The notes below the pieces were generated by a model. It did not search any database. It had not been told where the DNA came from and saw only the letters and a list, made by a program, of their open reading frames with translations. This document shows, in pieces, positions 38,905 to 50,100 of a stretch of DNA of 64,000 nt. The stretch comes from a virus: the IMG/VR virus record IMGVR_UViG_3300002835_000024. One strand, 5' to 3'. Made by a program: the position numbers and the translations under genes. The number at the start of each line of letters is the position of its first letter. The first letter of the stretch is position 1.

Positions 38905-40093
38905 CGTAAATATTCTAACAGAGACCTTTGAGTCTCTAATTATCAGACAAAACGTTTTAGCTTGGCTGACGACGAATGACGTTTTAACTGCAAACGCAAC
39001 TGGCGCTGAAACGGGCAACTCTACAACTTCCAAAACTGGAAGATTGTATGGTATGTTCATGGCCAACAATATTGTTGCTCAAGACTCCTTACGAGGCGGA
39101 AACACTTCAACTTCTGGAACGCTGACAGTAACATCAAACGTTGATGTTTATGTGGCTGCTGCAGCCGCTTCTATTTTAAGACTCGGAAACTCGACTTCAG
39201 TTTCTGTAATTAATAGTGTTGGTGCTTCCTTTAGTAATAATGCCTCCAACACTAATATCACTGGCGCTTCTGTATTAATGCAAACAAATACAGTAGTTAA
39301 CACAATTGCTAATTCAACAACCATAACAATTTCCAATGGCGCTGTCAATTCTCAAATGACATCAATTGGATTTGTGGCAGGTAATGTGGCTGCAAATCAA
39401 ACAACACTTGTTGTTGGCGCAAATGTTGTGGCTAATACCACCTCTTTGTTTATAGGAAATTCTACTGTCAATACAGTTTCAAATAATAATGGTATGGTTG
39501 CCTCAAACTCAACATTTGTGACAACAGTTTCGAGATCTGGCGTATACAGCAATGGTGTTTTGGCTATAACTGGCCAAGCTAACGTCGCAAATAGTTTAGG
39601 AGTTGTTGGGGCTGTTGCATTTTCTAATACTCTTGCTGTGACTGGCGGTACCACTCTTTCTAATAATATAACTGTTGCTGGTCAGGCTAATATCAACAAT
39701 AATTTAAATGTGACCGGAAACGTTTCAGTAAATAGCGATCTTATCGTTAAATCGGATTTAACTGTTCAGGTGTCAGCAAATTCTGACATCGGTACAGATA
39801 TTGTCAATAATCTTTTAGTTTATAGATTCGCAAAGGCGGATTTCTCAACAGCCAAGCTTCTGGTTCAGGTGAAAAAAGGAACTAACACTCAGATTTCTGA
39901 GATCATCTTGGCCCACAATAACAGCGCAGCTGAGATAACAGTTTACGGTACAGTCAGTTCTCCACCATCAACAAGTTCTTCTCCACTTCTAGCGACATTC
40001 ACAGCAAACCTAAATAACGCCAATGTGGAACTGTTTATCCTTCAAACACAATCTAGCAGCGCAGTAAAAGTCATAGCCGATTTAATCAAATAA
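38885..40093 (+). CDS. Fibre/adaptor structural protein (Asn/Ser/Thr-rich)
   Basis: Beta-rich repeats. The C-terminal domain (STAKLLVQV...QISEIILAHN...YGTV) is shared with 47151-53591. Confidence 0.65.
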   Translation: MSYPVSNVNILTETFESLIIRQNVLAWLTTNDVLTANATGAETGNSTTSKTGRLYGMFMANNIVAQDSLRGGNTSTSGTLTVTSNVDVYVAAAAASILRLGNSTSVSVINSVGASFSNNASNTNITGASVLMQTNTVVNTIANSTTITISNGAVNSQMTSIGFVAGNVAANQTTLVVGANVVANTTSLFIGNSTVNTVSNNNGMVASNSTFVTTVSRSGVYSNGVLAITGQANVANSLGVVGAVAFSNTLAVTGGTTLSNNITVAGQANINNNLNVTGNVSVNSDLIVKSDLTVQVSANSDIGTDIVNNLLVYRFAKADFSTAKLLVQVKKGTNTQISEIILAHNNSAAEITVYGTVSSPPSTSSSPLLATFTANLNNANVELFILQTQSSSAVKVIADLIK

Positions 40094-40102
40094 GAGAAGT
40101 AA

Positions 40103-42028
40103 ATGGTAGATCAAAGATTTAAAGCGGATAAAGGTTTACAAGTTGCTGGCGGCAACACCGAATTAACGACCAATACCTTCATCAACGCTAATCTACAAGT
40201 AAATTCAATCGCCTCGTTTGTGGCAAACGTTTCTATAAACGCTACGGCTGAGATGAACGGAAATCTTGTTCCTGCCTCAGGCGGAAGTTTATCTGTTGGA
40301 GAAACGTCAAAACGTGTATCATTGTTTGTGTCTCAGTTCTCTTATGCAAACGCCACACAACCCTCTCTTCCTGTCACCGCAAATAATTCAGATACGGTTT
40401 TCGGATTAGACGCTTCCAACACTGGCATAATTGTAAAAACTGGAGACAAAACAGGAACAGTAAGATCTGTTGTCGGAGGAAACACCGTTTCTATTACCAA
40501 TGGAACAGGTGTTGGTGGTAATATGACAATATCAGCTGTTCTTAATACAGGATTGTCGTCAAATAGTTCTGGCATTTTCGTTAACGCCTCTTCAATTAAC
40601 TCTGGAGTAGCTCCTATTTCTGTTGGTGGAACAGGTGCTAGTAGCTCAATGGCAGCTATTTTAAATCTTTTGCCAAGTATAGTAGGAAATGCTGGTAGAT
40701 ATTTAAGGGCTGAGACAGGAACTCTTGTTTGGGATTCCGGAGTCGGAACTGGATTTGTAGGATCTCAAGGTTTTGTCGGTAGTGTTGGATTCACAGGTTC
40801 TCAGGGTGTTGGATTTACTGGATCTCAGGGCATTACTGGTCTTACAGGCTCCCAAGGTATTCAAGGCGTTGGATTTACTGGATCCCAAGGTATCCAAGGT
40901 GTTGGTCTAACAGGTTCTCAGGGTATTACTGGTTTTACAGGCTCCCAAGGTATTCAAGGAATTGGTCTTACAGGCTCCCAAGGTATTCAAGGAATTGGTC
41001 TAACGGGATCTAGAGGAGACATCGGACTCACTGGATCTCAGGGTATTCAAGGCATAGGATTTACAGGATCCCAAGGTATTCAAGGAATCGGGCTCACTGG
41101 ATCTCAAGGTATTCAAGGCGTTGGATTTACTGGATCTCAGGGTTTGACAGGAGTGGGATTTACTGGATCTATAGGATTTACTGGTTCAATTGGTCTTACA
41201 GGTTCTCAGGGTATTCAAGGAATCGGTCTTACGGGCTCCCAAGGTATCCAAGGTGTTGGATTTACTGGATCTAAAGGCGATATTGGTTTAACTGGATCTC
41301 AAGGTATCCAAGGTGTTGGATTTACTGGATCAATCGGATTTACTGGATCTGCTGGAGGATTTACAACAAATTCCAACGCTCAGGTAAATTCCCTTGGGGT
41401 CGGAACTGCTCCGAATAACACAACTGGTGAAATTTTAGCTAAACTGCTTAGAGACTCAGATAATACTGCATACTATTGCGATCCAGCAAGTTTCAGCGTG
41501 TTTAATTCTTTGACTATTGGTGGCGATACTGACATATATCTTTATGAAGACCCAACAAATGCTCTTACAATTAGACATGGTACTGTTGGTTCTTACAAAT
41601 ACACCAGATTTGAAGCTGGAGGTGGACTGTCTGTAAATAATGGTGGTCTTGGAGTAGGAACGGCTGCATCAGGAACCTCCGGAGAAATACGCGCCACAGA
41701 CAACGTTACTGCTTATTATTCTTCTGATAAGCGTCTGAAAGAAAATATTCAAACCATTGAAGATGCTCTGCAAAAAATAAAAAGAATAGATGGAGTAACT
41801 TTTGATTGGAATGATGAATACATAGAAAATGCTGGCGGAGAAGATGGCTACTTTATTAGAAAAAGAGATGTTGGTGTGATAGCTCAACAGCTTCAGGAAG
41901 TTTTACCAGAAGCAGTTGCAGAAAGAAAAGATGGTATTTTAGCAGTTAAGTATGAAAGGATTGTTCCACTTCTGATTGAGGCGATTAAAGCTCTCAGCGA
42001 AGAACTTGAACTGCTTAAACAGAAATAG
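40103..42028 (+). CDS. Tail fibre with GFTGS collagen-like repeats and C-terminal peptidase S74 chaperone
   Basis: [10 protein letters not shown] repeats; SSDKRLKENI...GVTFDW...GVIAQQLQEVLPEAV...LIEAIK. Confidence 0.85.
   Translation: MVDQRFKADKGLQVAGGNTELTTNTFINANLQVNSIASFVANVSINATAEMNGNLVPASGGSLSVGETSKRVSLFVSQFSYANATQPSLPVTANNSDTVFGLDASNTGIIVKTGDKTGTVRSVVGGNTVSITNGTGVGGNMTISAVLNTGLSSNSSGIFVNASSINSGVAPISVGGTGASSSMAAILNLLPSIVGNAGRYLRAETGTLVWDSGVGTGFVGSQGFVGSVGFTGSQGVGFTGSQGITGLTGSQGIQGVGFTGSQGIQGVGLTGSQGITGFTGSQGIQGIGLTGSQGIQGIGLTGSRGDIGLTGSQGIQGIGFTGSQGIQGIGLTGSQGIQGVGFTGSQGLTGVGFTGSIGFTGSIGLTGSQGIQGIGLTGSQGIQGVGFTGSKGDIGLTGSQGIQGVGFTGSIGFTGSAGGFTTNSNAQVNSLGVGTAPNNTTGEILAKLLRDSDNTAYYCDPASFSVFNSLTIGGDTDIYLYEDPTNALTIRHGTVGSYKYTRFEAGGGLSVNNGGLGVGTAASGTSGEIRATDNVTAYYSSDKRLKENIQTIEDALQKIKRIDGVTFDWNDEYIENAGGEDGYFIRKRDVGVIAQQLQEVLPEAVAERKDGILAVKYERIVPLLIEAIKALSEELELLKQK
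40750..41355 (+). repeat. Coding tandem repeat (G[FL]TGSQGIQG[VI])n
   Basis: Repeated ggatttactggatc.caaggtattcaagg units with synonymous divergence. Confidence 0.85.
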
Positions 42029-42030
42029 AT

Positions 42031-45000
42031 TTATTTTCTAGCAAAGTGATAATCGCCCTGAGTTCCAAACTCAACAAAGTTTGGCGTTACTAGAGCAAAT
42101 CCAATACTGTCAAGATACTCAATAACTTCTTTGTTCATTGGGGCTCCGATATTATATTCTTTATGCTGTAGCTCTAGTATCAGATGTTGGCAGGATTTTA
42201 AAGTTTCCTGAGCTCCTTTGAGAACATCAAGCTCTGCACCCTGAACATCCATTTTGATCAGATCAGGTTTGGGAAAGTTTTTGTTTTTAACTACTGAGTC
42301 TAGAGTTATTGATGTCTTTTCTATTTTGTTCGGGAATAGCTTATCTGCATCTGGACTATATTCGGTGTTTTCTTTATAGTAACTGTTTCCTCCAGGATGC
42401 TCTACGTTTTGATAGAATCCTATTTTCTTACCATCAACATCACTGAGTAGCCCAACATGATATGGAATATTTTTTTCTTTATATAAAAATTCTAGCTCAT
42501 CCATCGCATCAAATGCTATGTATTGAGAGTTTGGCCAAACGTGTTTTGCGCAATTTGTCCAATGCAGAACGCAAGCTCCAATATCATAGATAACCTTGGG
42601 TTCAACCTTTTTAGATTTCATTTTTACCAGATATTCATAGTGGGCTTGCAGCATGAGAGGTCTATCACCAAGATCTCTTAGTTTTCTTTTTTGTTCTTCT
42701 AATTTAAAATCAATATTAACTTTAAATGTGTGATAACCAATATGATCACAGATAATAGAAGTGTCCGCCCAGATTCGGAATCCTTTATTTTTTGCTTGTA
42801 CGCAAAAATATACATCTTCGCTTACGGTATTTTCAATAGTTAATGCGCTTTTGTAAACAAAATGTGGGTATGGAATGGATTTAAAAATTTCCCCCTTTAT
42901 CAGAACGCAACCAAATCCACAACCATCTATCTCAACTAATCCCTTTCCTCTAATCTCTTCCCAATTCACATGAGGCATATTACCATATACGTCTTTTCTC
43001 ATAATTTCAATCGTGTGGGTGCCAGGAATACGCTGAATATAAATTCCGCTTACCATATCAACATTGTGATTTAACATTCTAACAAGAGTATCAGGAGCAA
43101 AAGTTATATCGCTATCAACGGCAAACAAATAATCATAATTACAATTGATAACCCAATTGGCTATTAGATTACGAATTTGATCGATTTGATATCCATAAAA
43201 ATATTGAAAATCCGCTTCATAACCTTCAGGAATAATCAAATCATAAATGCTCTTGAATGTTTGCGCCTCAATATTTTTATTTGTTGGGATAGCAATTAAT
43301 ATTCTTTTTTTAGAATTTAAAGTTTGCATAATAACTTTGTCCTGTTCGTCTTTATTTACTTTATAATCATTGATGGGGCTGGCGTCATTGTAATTGCAAA
43401 CAATATCAGAAACAACATATATTTTATGTGGATGACAATTATTTATTGCTGTGTAGAATGTAGAAAGATCTCCACCAGCTTTGAACCAGTTTCCTTCTTT
43501 ATCTTGAAATGCAGAATCTGGAGCCCACTTCAACAAATGCGCTTTCATCGTTCTCAAATGTGTGTAGGGCACATTCCAATTGAACTTATAGTTTTTGTAA
43601 TTTTTAGTTTTCTTTATTTCAGGAGGATAAGGTTGGCTGACTAAAGGAATGTTATCAACCATACTCCAACAAGATCCATACGTGAAGTCGTTGTCATAAT
43701 GTATGTGATTATAATATGTGAATATGTCCGGATCATTTGTTAAACTGTCGTCACCGTCCAACATTACAACTATATCATTGTCGTTTAATTTTCTGATAGA
43801 TTGGATATGATTGTATGGGGCTCCGTTTCTATTTGAGTTGACAATAACCTTAAATTTATCTTTTATATCGTTTGGCAGAGAGTTGATTAGATCCAGTGCG
43901 GCTGCAGAACCATTATCAGTGCTGCAGTCATCAATTAGCCAATGCTCGTAGTTATCGTAATTCTGCGCTGCCACACTTGAAATGCAGCGCTTAATATAAG
44001 GCTCGGCGTTATAGAAAGGACTGATAACAACAATACGTTGTTCGGGTTTAAGTTTGGGGGCTACCCATTCTTCAGGAGTGCTTGTGCGGCGATTAAATAT
44101 TTCGTGATATTTCGTTTTGGTGTAATTTGCTTCAATGCTTTCGCCACGGCTTAGATAGAGACCGAGCCTTTTATAGATGTGCTGTTTCCATTCAAGCGCC
44201 ACAACATTCCAACCAACCAAAGGTTTAATTTCGTCTAATTTGTTCATTTTTTCTTGACGATCTGGATCGTTATAGGCCTGTACGACCATATCAACAAATT
44301 TTTCAGCTTGTGCATTAATATCAATATTAGGATAAACAACATTTGGCGTTGCGGAGTATTCAATCATATAAGCTTGTGGGCTCCCAGTTTCTTCCAGAGC
44401 TCCGAATCTACAGCCAATGATGAGAGTGTTTGCATAAAGGGCTTCTAGTGTGCTTATTCCATAGGTTTCTGGGAAAGCTGTTGGATAGATAAAGAAACTT
44501 GCAGCTTTGCACCAAACAGCCACTTCTTTTTGACTGATAATCCCAGTAAATGTTATGGTCGGATCTTCCATAAATGGCTCGACCAGTTTCATAAACTCTG
44601 ATTCTTCAGTATCGTTAGCCACAGCATTTCCGAGTTTATAATGTCCTCCAATTACCGCCAGTCTGGCTTTTGGGATTTTTTGTTTGACTCTGGGCCAGAC
44701 ATTTTTGAGCAGAGGTTCTAATCCCTTGCTCATGTTAGCATTGAAAATGAACAGATCAGGGTTTTTCTCGACAGTTTTGATGGGGTATCGGGTAATACCA
44801 TTACGGGTAATCCACATATGATTGCGAAGAACTTCGAAATTTCTTGGTTTGCCGTGATTGCAGTTAGTCACATAGTTATAGTGAAAATCGCTTAAAACCC
44901 AAATTTCGTCTATAGCCTTTGAAGTAACAAGATCTTCTAAAATCTCATCGCCCCAGCAAAACGTATCATGCATCCAAAACACTTTAAGTTTGGCGGCTTC

Positions 45001-46710
45001 TCTCATTTTTTCAAACTTTTGGAAAGGGATTTTTCTGTTGGTTGTTTGTTGCCAGTTATACCAAGGTTTGGTGATAAATGGAGTAACAACTCTGCTTGAT
45101 ATCAGAACATCATATGTTTGCTCGTCGTTTCCGATATCTGAAAGAGGTCTGTATTTTACGTTATCATATACGCCTGGACGATTTCCTTCTTCATCGCAAG
45201 CACAATAAACAGTAACATCAAATCCTTGGTGGGCCAATTCTTTGGCGCTGAGAATCACTGCACTCTCGCTCCCTCCAAGACCTTTGGTCTTTAATGTTTC
45301 CCCATCATAACTCATTCCTGTAATATCGATGTAAGCGACGCGAACTTCTTTTTCTTGTGGTAATCTCTGTGTGTTGCTGGCGGGCTCGGTGACTATAATA
45401 TCCTCTACGTTTGAGAACCTTTTTCCAAAAGTTTTTCTAACTCTATAATTAATCCAATTAACTTTCACCAACTCTTCGTCGGTCATCTGTTTATTGAATT
45501 TACGATAAAAATGCTGTTTCCATTGGAGCGCCACAGTATCCCATGTACTAATGTCTTTAATAGCGTTACACGCATACTGTTTCTGTTGATGAATATATGG
45601 GTTTGATACGACTGACAAAACAAGATCAACATATTTGTTGATCTGTTCCTCGGTATTGATATTCGGGAACAGTACATTGGGCTCGACTGCATAATCTATA
45701 AAATAGCTGGCAGCTTTGGTTCCGCTTTCTTCCATCGCTCCGAATCGAGTTCCGATAACAGGAGTATTATAATTGATGCTTTCTATTGTGCTGATGCCGG
45801 ATGTTTCCGGATAGGCTCCAGGAAACAGATTATAGGTTGCTTGTGCCATAATCTTGGCGATCTCAGGCTGGGGAATAATGCCTGTGAATTCGATTGATGG
45901 ATCTTTTTCACAGCTTTTTACAAGACCGCGCCATTCTTGCTGTGCTGGGCTTAGATCTTCATTTCGAAACTTGTAATAACCACCGATGATCTTGAGTTTG
46001 GCCTGGGGCAAATGTTGTTTGAGTCTGGGCCAAATACGTGTTACCAGAGGGATCATGCCCTTGGTAATACTGGCGTTATAGACGAAAAGATTGGGATCTT
46101 TTTGTTTGATATCAACCCAATCGATCCACCTGTTGATAGCGTTTCTTGTGTGGAATATTTTATTTTTAAAAACTTCGTATTGACGTTTTGGGCCATGGGT
46201 GCAATTTGTTGTATATGCGATATGCCAATCGCTCAGATTGAACACTTCATCGACATGATTGTTAACCAGAAGATACTCGAGCAGGTGATCGCCCCAGATA
46301 AACGTATCCTGCATCCAGATAATCTTTAACTGTTCTGGTTTTTGCACCTGAGTGAAGATATCAGGATCATAGTCTCTTGGAGCAGGCTGTCTAACCTGAT
46401 CATAAAGATGTTTTGGAGTAAACGGAATAACGGTTCTTTGACTGATCACAACATCAAAGTTAAATTCTTTCTGGCCGAGCATTGCAATTGGATAATACCG
46501 GACTCCATCATAGACTCCAGGTTCTGTCTCGGAAGTATCACAGTCATTTAAAACTGTTACCTCGAATCCAATTTTTACTAATTCTCTGGCGATAGAAATA
46601 ATAGAGCTTTCGCTTCCGCCAATACCTTTTTTCGTTAGAGTAGAACCATCATAATTAAGTCCAATACAATCAATAATTGCTATTTTTATGTTGTTATTCA
46701 TTAAACCCAT
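42031..46710 (-). CDS. Giant multidomain glycosyltransferase: GT4-GT4-GT2-GT2-like-FkbM methyltransferase
   Basis: Two GT-B modules (GIGGSE/GLGGSE; PETSGIS.IES/PETYGIS.LEA), GT2 (ISPFYNAE, IDDCSTD, LDGDD), second GT-A (AIP, FAVDSD, GCGFGCVLIK, SEDVYFC), FkbM (IYDIGA, LIKMDVQGAELDVLKG). Confidence 0.9.
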   Translation of the reverse strand: MGLMNNNIKIAIIDCIGLNYDGSTLTKKGIGGSESSIISIARELVKIGFEVTVLNDCDTSETEPGVYDGVRYYPIAMLGQKEFNFDVVISQRTVIPFTPKHLYDQVRQPAPRDYDPDIFTQVQKPEQLKIIWMQDTFIWGDHLLEYLLVNNHVDEVFNLSDWHIAYTTNCTHGPKRQYEVFKNKIFHTRNAINRWIDWVDIKQKDPNLFVYNASITKGMIPLVTRIWPRLKQHLPQAKLKIIGGYYKFRNEDLSPAQQEWRGLVKSCEKDPSIEFTGIIPQPEIAKIMAQATYNLFPGAYPETSGISTIESINYNTPVIGTRFGAMEESGTKAASYFIDYAVEPNVLFPNINTEEQINKYVDLVLSVVSNPYIHQQKQYACNAIKDISTWDTVALQWKQHFYRKFNKQMTDEELVKVNWINYRVRKTFGKRFSNVEDIIVTEPASNTQRLPQEKEVRVAYIDITGMSYDGETLKTKGLGGSESAVILSAKELAHQGFDVTVYCACDEEGNRPGVYDNVKYRPLSDIGNDEQTYDVLISSRVVTPFITKPWYNWQQTTNRKIPFQKFEKMREAAKLKVFWMHDTFCWGDEILEDLVTSKAIDEIWVLSDFHYNYVTNCNHGKPRNFEVLRNHMWITRNGITRYPIKTVEKNPDLFIFNANMSKGLEPLLKNVWPRVKQKIPKARLAVIGGHYKLGNAVANDTEESEFMKLVEPFMEDPTITFTGIISQKEVAVWCKAASFFIYPTAFPETYGISTLEALYANTLIIGCRFGALEETGSPQAYMIEYSATPNVVYPNIDINAQAEKFVDMVVQAYNDPDRQEKMNKLDEIKPLVGWNVVALEWKQHIYKRLGLYLSRGESIEANYTKTKYHEIFNRRTSTPEEWVAPKLKPEQRIVVISPFYNAEPYIKRCISSVAAQNYDNYEHWLIDDCSTDNGSAAALDLINSLPNDIKDKFKVIVNSNRNGAPYNHIQSIRKLNDNDIVVMLDGDDSLTNDPDIFTYYNHIHYDNDFTYGSCWSMVDNIPLVSQPYPPEIKKTKNYKNYKFNWNVPYTHLRTMKAHLLKWAPDSAFQDKEGNWFKAGGDLSTFYTAINNCHPHKIYVVSDIVCNYNDASPINDYKVNKDEQDKVIMQTLNSKKRILIAIPTNKNIEAQTFKSIYDLIIPEGYEADFQYFYGYQIDQIRNLIANWVINCNYDYLFAVDSDITFAPDTLVRMLNHNVDMVSGIYIQRIPGTHTIEIMRKDVYGNMPHVNWEEIRGKGLVEIDGCGFGCVLIKGEIFKSIPYPHFVYKSALTIENTVSEDVYFCVQAKNKGFRIWADTSIICDHIGYHTFKVNIDFKLEEQKRKLRDLGDRPLMLQAHYEYLVKMKSKKVEPKVIYDIGACVLHWTNCAKHVWPNSQYIAFDAMDELEFLYKEKNIPYHVGLLSDVDGKKIGFYQNVEHPGGNSYYKENTEYSPDADKLFPNKIEKTSITLDSVVKNKNFPKPDLIKMDVQGAELDVLKGAQETLKSCQHLILELQHKEYNIGAPMNKEVIEYLDSIGFALVTPNFVEFGTQGDYHFARK

Positions 46711-46712
46711 CC

Positions 46713-46784
46713 TATAAATAGAGCAAGAACTATTATTTATTGACGCAAAGTAGCAAAGTTTGGCGTGTCGCTCTTTAATAAATA
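46713..46784. promoter_or_regulatory. Cluster of late promoter boxes on both strands
   Basis: TATAAATA 46713-46720 (+), AATAAATA 46734-46741 (-), AATAAATA 46777-46784 (+). Confidence 0.6.
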
Positions 46785-46809
46785 AGAAAAAACTTGGAGG
46801 TTGAGAATA

Positions 46810-47139
46810 ATGGCGATTAAAGCAAATTTAGTCATCGATCAGGGATCAGATTTTATACAGGATTTACAGGTGACCCATGCAAACAGCGCTTCAATCAATC
46901 TAAGCGGTTATACTGGCTCTGCTATGCTCAGAAAAACATATACTTCTGAAGCACAAAAAACGTTTACTGTGACTACAAATCAAAATGGAATTGTTCAACT
47001 GCGACTTAATTCTGCAAACACTGAAAGTTTACAGCCAGGGCAGTATGTTTGGGATTGCGAGCTAACTGAAATTAATAGTGGGATCGTCACGAGAATAGTA
47101 GAAGGAATTGTTACTGTAACTCCATCTGTTACTCGCTAA
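46810..47139 (+). CDS. Small Ig-like virion protein
   Basis: ANLVIDQGSDF...INLSGYT...YVWDCEL...TRIVEGIVTVTPSVTR; GGAGG RBS. Confidence 0.65.
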   Translation: MAIKANLVIDQGSDFIQDLQVTHANSASINLSGYTGSAMLRKTYTSEAQKTFTVTTNQNGIVQLRLNSANTESLQPGQYVWDCELTEINSGIVTRIVEGIVTVTPSVTR

Positions 47140-47150
47140 GGAATATTTAA

Positions 47151-50100
47151 ATGCCACCTCCAATTCAAGTTATACTATATCCTAATACAGCGATTAATGT
47201 AGAGTTTGTACAAAACACACCATTCAAAGTTAAGTTAAAAGAATATCCAACTCAGATCATTTACCCTCTTCCTCCTAATAACATTTATGGTGCCAACATA
47301 TATGCAACAAATGCTGTATTTGTCGGAAACTCAACAGTAAATGTTTCTATCAACTCTACTTCTTTTAGTGGAACTTCCAACAATTCTATACATTTTGGTA
47401 ATTTAACTTTAGCAAACGTACAAGCCCAAATAACAGGTAATGCTGCCACCGCTTTCTCAAATGCAGTGTCAACTTCTGCCTCAGGAGCGGCTCTTATTTA
47501 CCAAACTATGGCTGGTCTATCGGCCAATGTCGCAACACTAACTTCTAATAATTCAACAAATTTTGGTGGACTGTCTCTCGCAACAGTACAGGGTCAAATA
47601 ACAGGAAACGCGGCGACAGCTTATACAAACGCTGCGGCTTATGCAGACACTAAAGCTTCAGCTGCTTATAGTAACGCCATTGCGTATTCCGGAAACGCCT
47701 CTTTGGCTTACGCAAATGCTATAGCCTACGCTGACAATAAAGCAGCTAATGCGTACTCTAACGCAGTTTCTTACACTGATATCAAAGCTGCAAACGCCTA
47801 TTCAAACGCTATCGCGTATGCTGACGACAAAGCCGCGAACGCTTATTCAAACGCCACAACTTTTGCTTCAAATGCAACAAATATTACTTCTGGCACTCTT
47901 AACACGGCCAGACTCCCAGCAACAGTCAACGTTGCAACAGCGTTAAACATTGGTTCTAACGTTAACGTTAACACCTCTGTAATCCAGATTGGTAACTCTA
48001 CCGTCAATACTGTTATCAATTCTTCTTCTATTGTAACTTCTTCGGTCACATTCGGAAACACAAACGTTACTGGGGATCTGATTGTTTCTGGAAACGTTTT
48101 CTTTAATGGCCCAACAACTAACGTAAATTCTACCAATCTTGTCATCGAAGATAAAAACATTATACTTGGAGACGTAGCTACACCAAGCGATTTTACTGCC
48201 GATGGTGGTGGTATTACTCTAAAGGGTGCTACGGATAAAACTCTAACTTGGGTTGATGCCACTGATGCCTGGACTTCATCTGAAGATTTTAATCTAGTTT
48301 CTGGAAAAAGCTATGAGATTAATGGTGTTGTTGTTGTCAACTCCACCTCACTCGGAACTGGTATATTAAGTTCTTCTCTAACTTCAGTTGGTAATCTGAC
48401 AACACTGAATGCTGGCAACACAACCATAACTGGATTCGCTAACATCTCTTCACATCTTACTGTTGGCGGAAATGCAACTTTTTCTGGTAATGTAGATTTT
48501 GATTCCGGAACTCTATTCATTGATAATGTCAATAATAAAATTGGTATTAGTAACACTTCGCCGTTATCTAAATTTGTTGTTCAAGATTCGTTAACTGCTA
48601 ACGATACTTCAACTGTTCTTATTGCTCCTACATGGAATGCGACCGCCAATACATTTACCGCATTTAAAATCAATGCGACGGATACTGCTTCTAACAGTAA
48701 TAGTTTGTTGATGGATCTACAAGTTGGCGGAAGCAGCAAATTTAAGGTTTCCAAAGCTGGTATTGTTACCGCTTCTGATGATGGATATCTGGCTGGCGGT
48801 CGGGCTTGGTTCTCGCAATATGGGGCATTTTTAAAGTCTGACGCGATTATATCGTGGGGAAATGCAACATCGTCATATTCTAGTGCTGACACCATTCTAG
48901 CTCGAGATGCTGCTGGTATTTTGGCGCAACGCAATGGTACAAACGCCCAAGCTCTTAGAGTCTATGACACATACACTGACGCTTCCAACTATGAACGAGT
49001 TGTGCTTTCTGCTACTGAAAATAATTTAGGATTTGTTGGATACGAAGCAGCAGGAACTGGTTCTAATAGAAACTTTGCTGTAAGAGGAGCTCAGGTACTT
49101 TTACAAACAGGTAGCTCAAACAATCGCTGGATTGTTGATGGTAGTGGTCATTTCACGGCAGCAACAGATAATACCTACGACATCGGCGCAAATGGAGCAA
49201 ATAGGCCAAGAAACGTTTATGTTGGCACAAACGTAACTGTCGGCGATACTGTAACTGCAGCTAATTTTTTTGCTGGGGCCACAGGAACATTTATATTTAA
49301 TGGAAGAAGCAGAATTCTTTCTCCAAGTGATGGAGTTTTAGGATTATACAATAACGGTTCAACAGACTTCAACCGTCTCCAGTTTGGTGGCACAACCTCA
49401 AGTTTCCCCGCTCTCAAGCGCAATAGCGCTGAGATAGATGTAAGACTTGCCGATGATAGTGGATATACAAGTATAACAGCAGCCACAGTTTATGCAGCGC
49501 AAAATTTTAGAGCAACATCAAACACTAGTGTTATCTCTTTGGGTTCCTCTAATGATATTGTTCTTGCTCGTGATGCAGCAGACATCCTCGCCCAGCGGCG
49601 GGGCACGAACGCTCAAACGTTTAGGATTTACAATACATACACTGACTCGAGCAATTATGAGCGGCTAAACATCTTATGGTCTGCAAACACAGCGTTTGTG
49701 GAAACGCTTGCGGCAGGCACAGGAGCTGCGCGAAGCCTTATCATCGGCTCCAATGGGTCTGGAACAAATCTTGGGTTTATGTCCGCTGGGACAGTTAGAT
49801 GGCGTGTTAATTCCAATGGCCACCTGACGGCGGAAGTTGACAACACCTACGACATCGGCGCGAGCAATGCCACAAGACCGCGCAACGTGTTTGTTGCTGG
49901 ATATGGATCATTTGGAACTTATAGCGGATCAGACTTAGGGGCTGGTGGTGTATCTGTATCCAATCATATTGTGATGATTGGTTCGAGCTCCTCTAGATCT
50001 CAAAGATCTGTTATATTTGCAAGTAGTGGCGGAGCAAGAAGAGGGGTGGTTTCTTCTGAGTGGATAACAAGCGATCTTCCAGTGGAATTTAGTAATGGTT

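Noticed and set aside
40750-41355. CRISPR-like array
   Set aside because: In-frame coding repeats with wobble-position variation and no unique spacers. No array seen anywhere in the window
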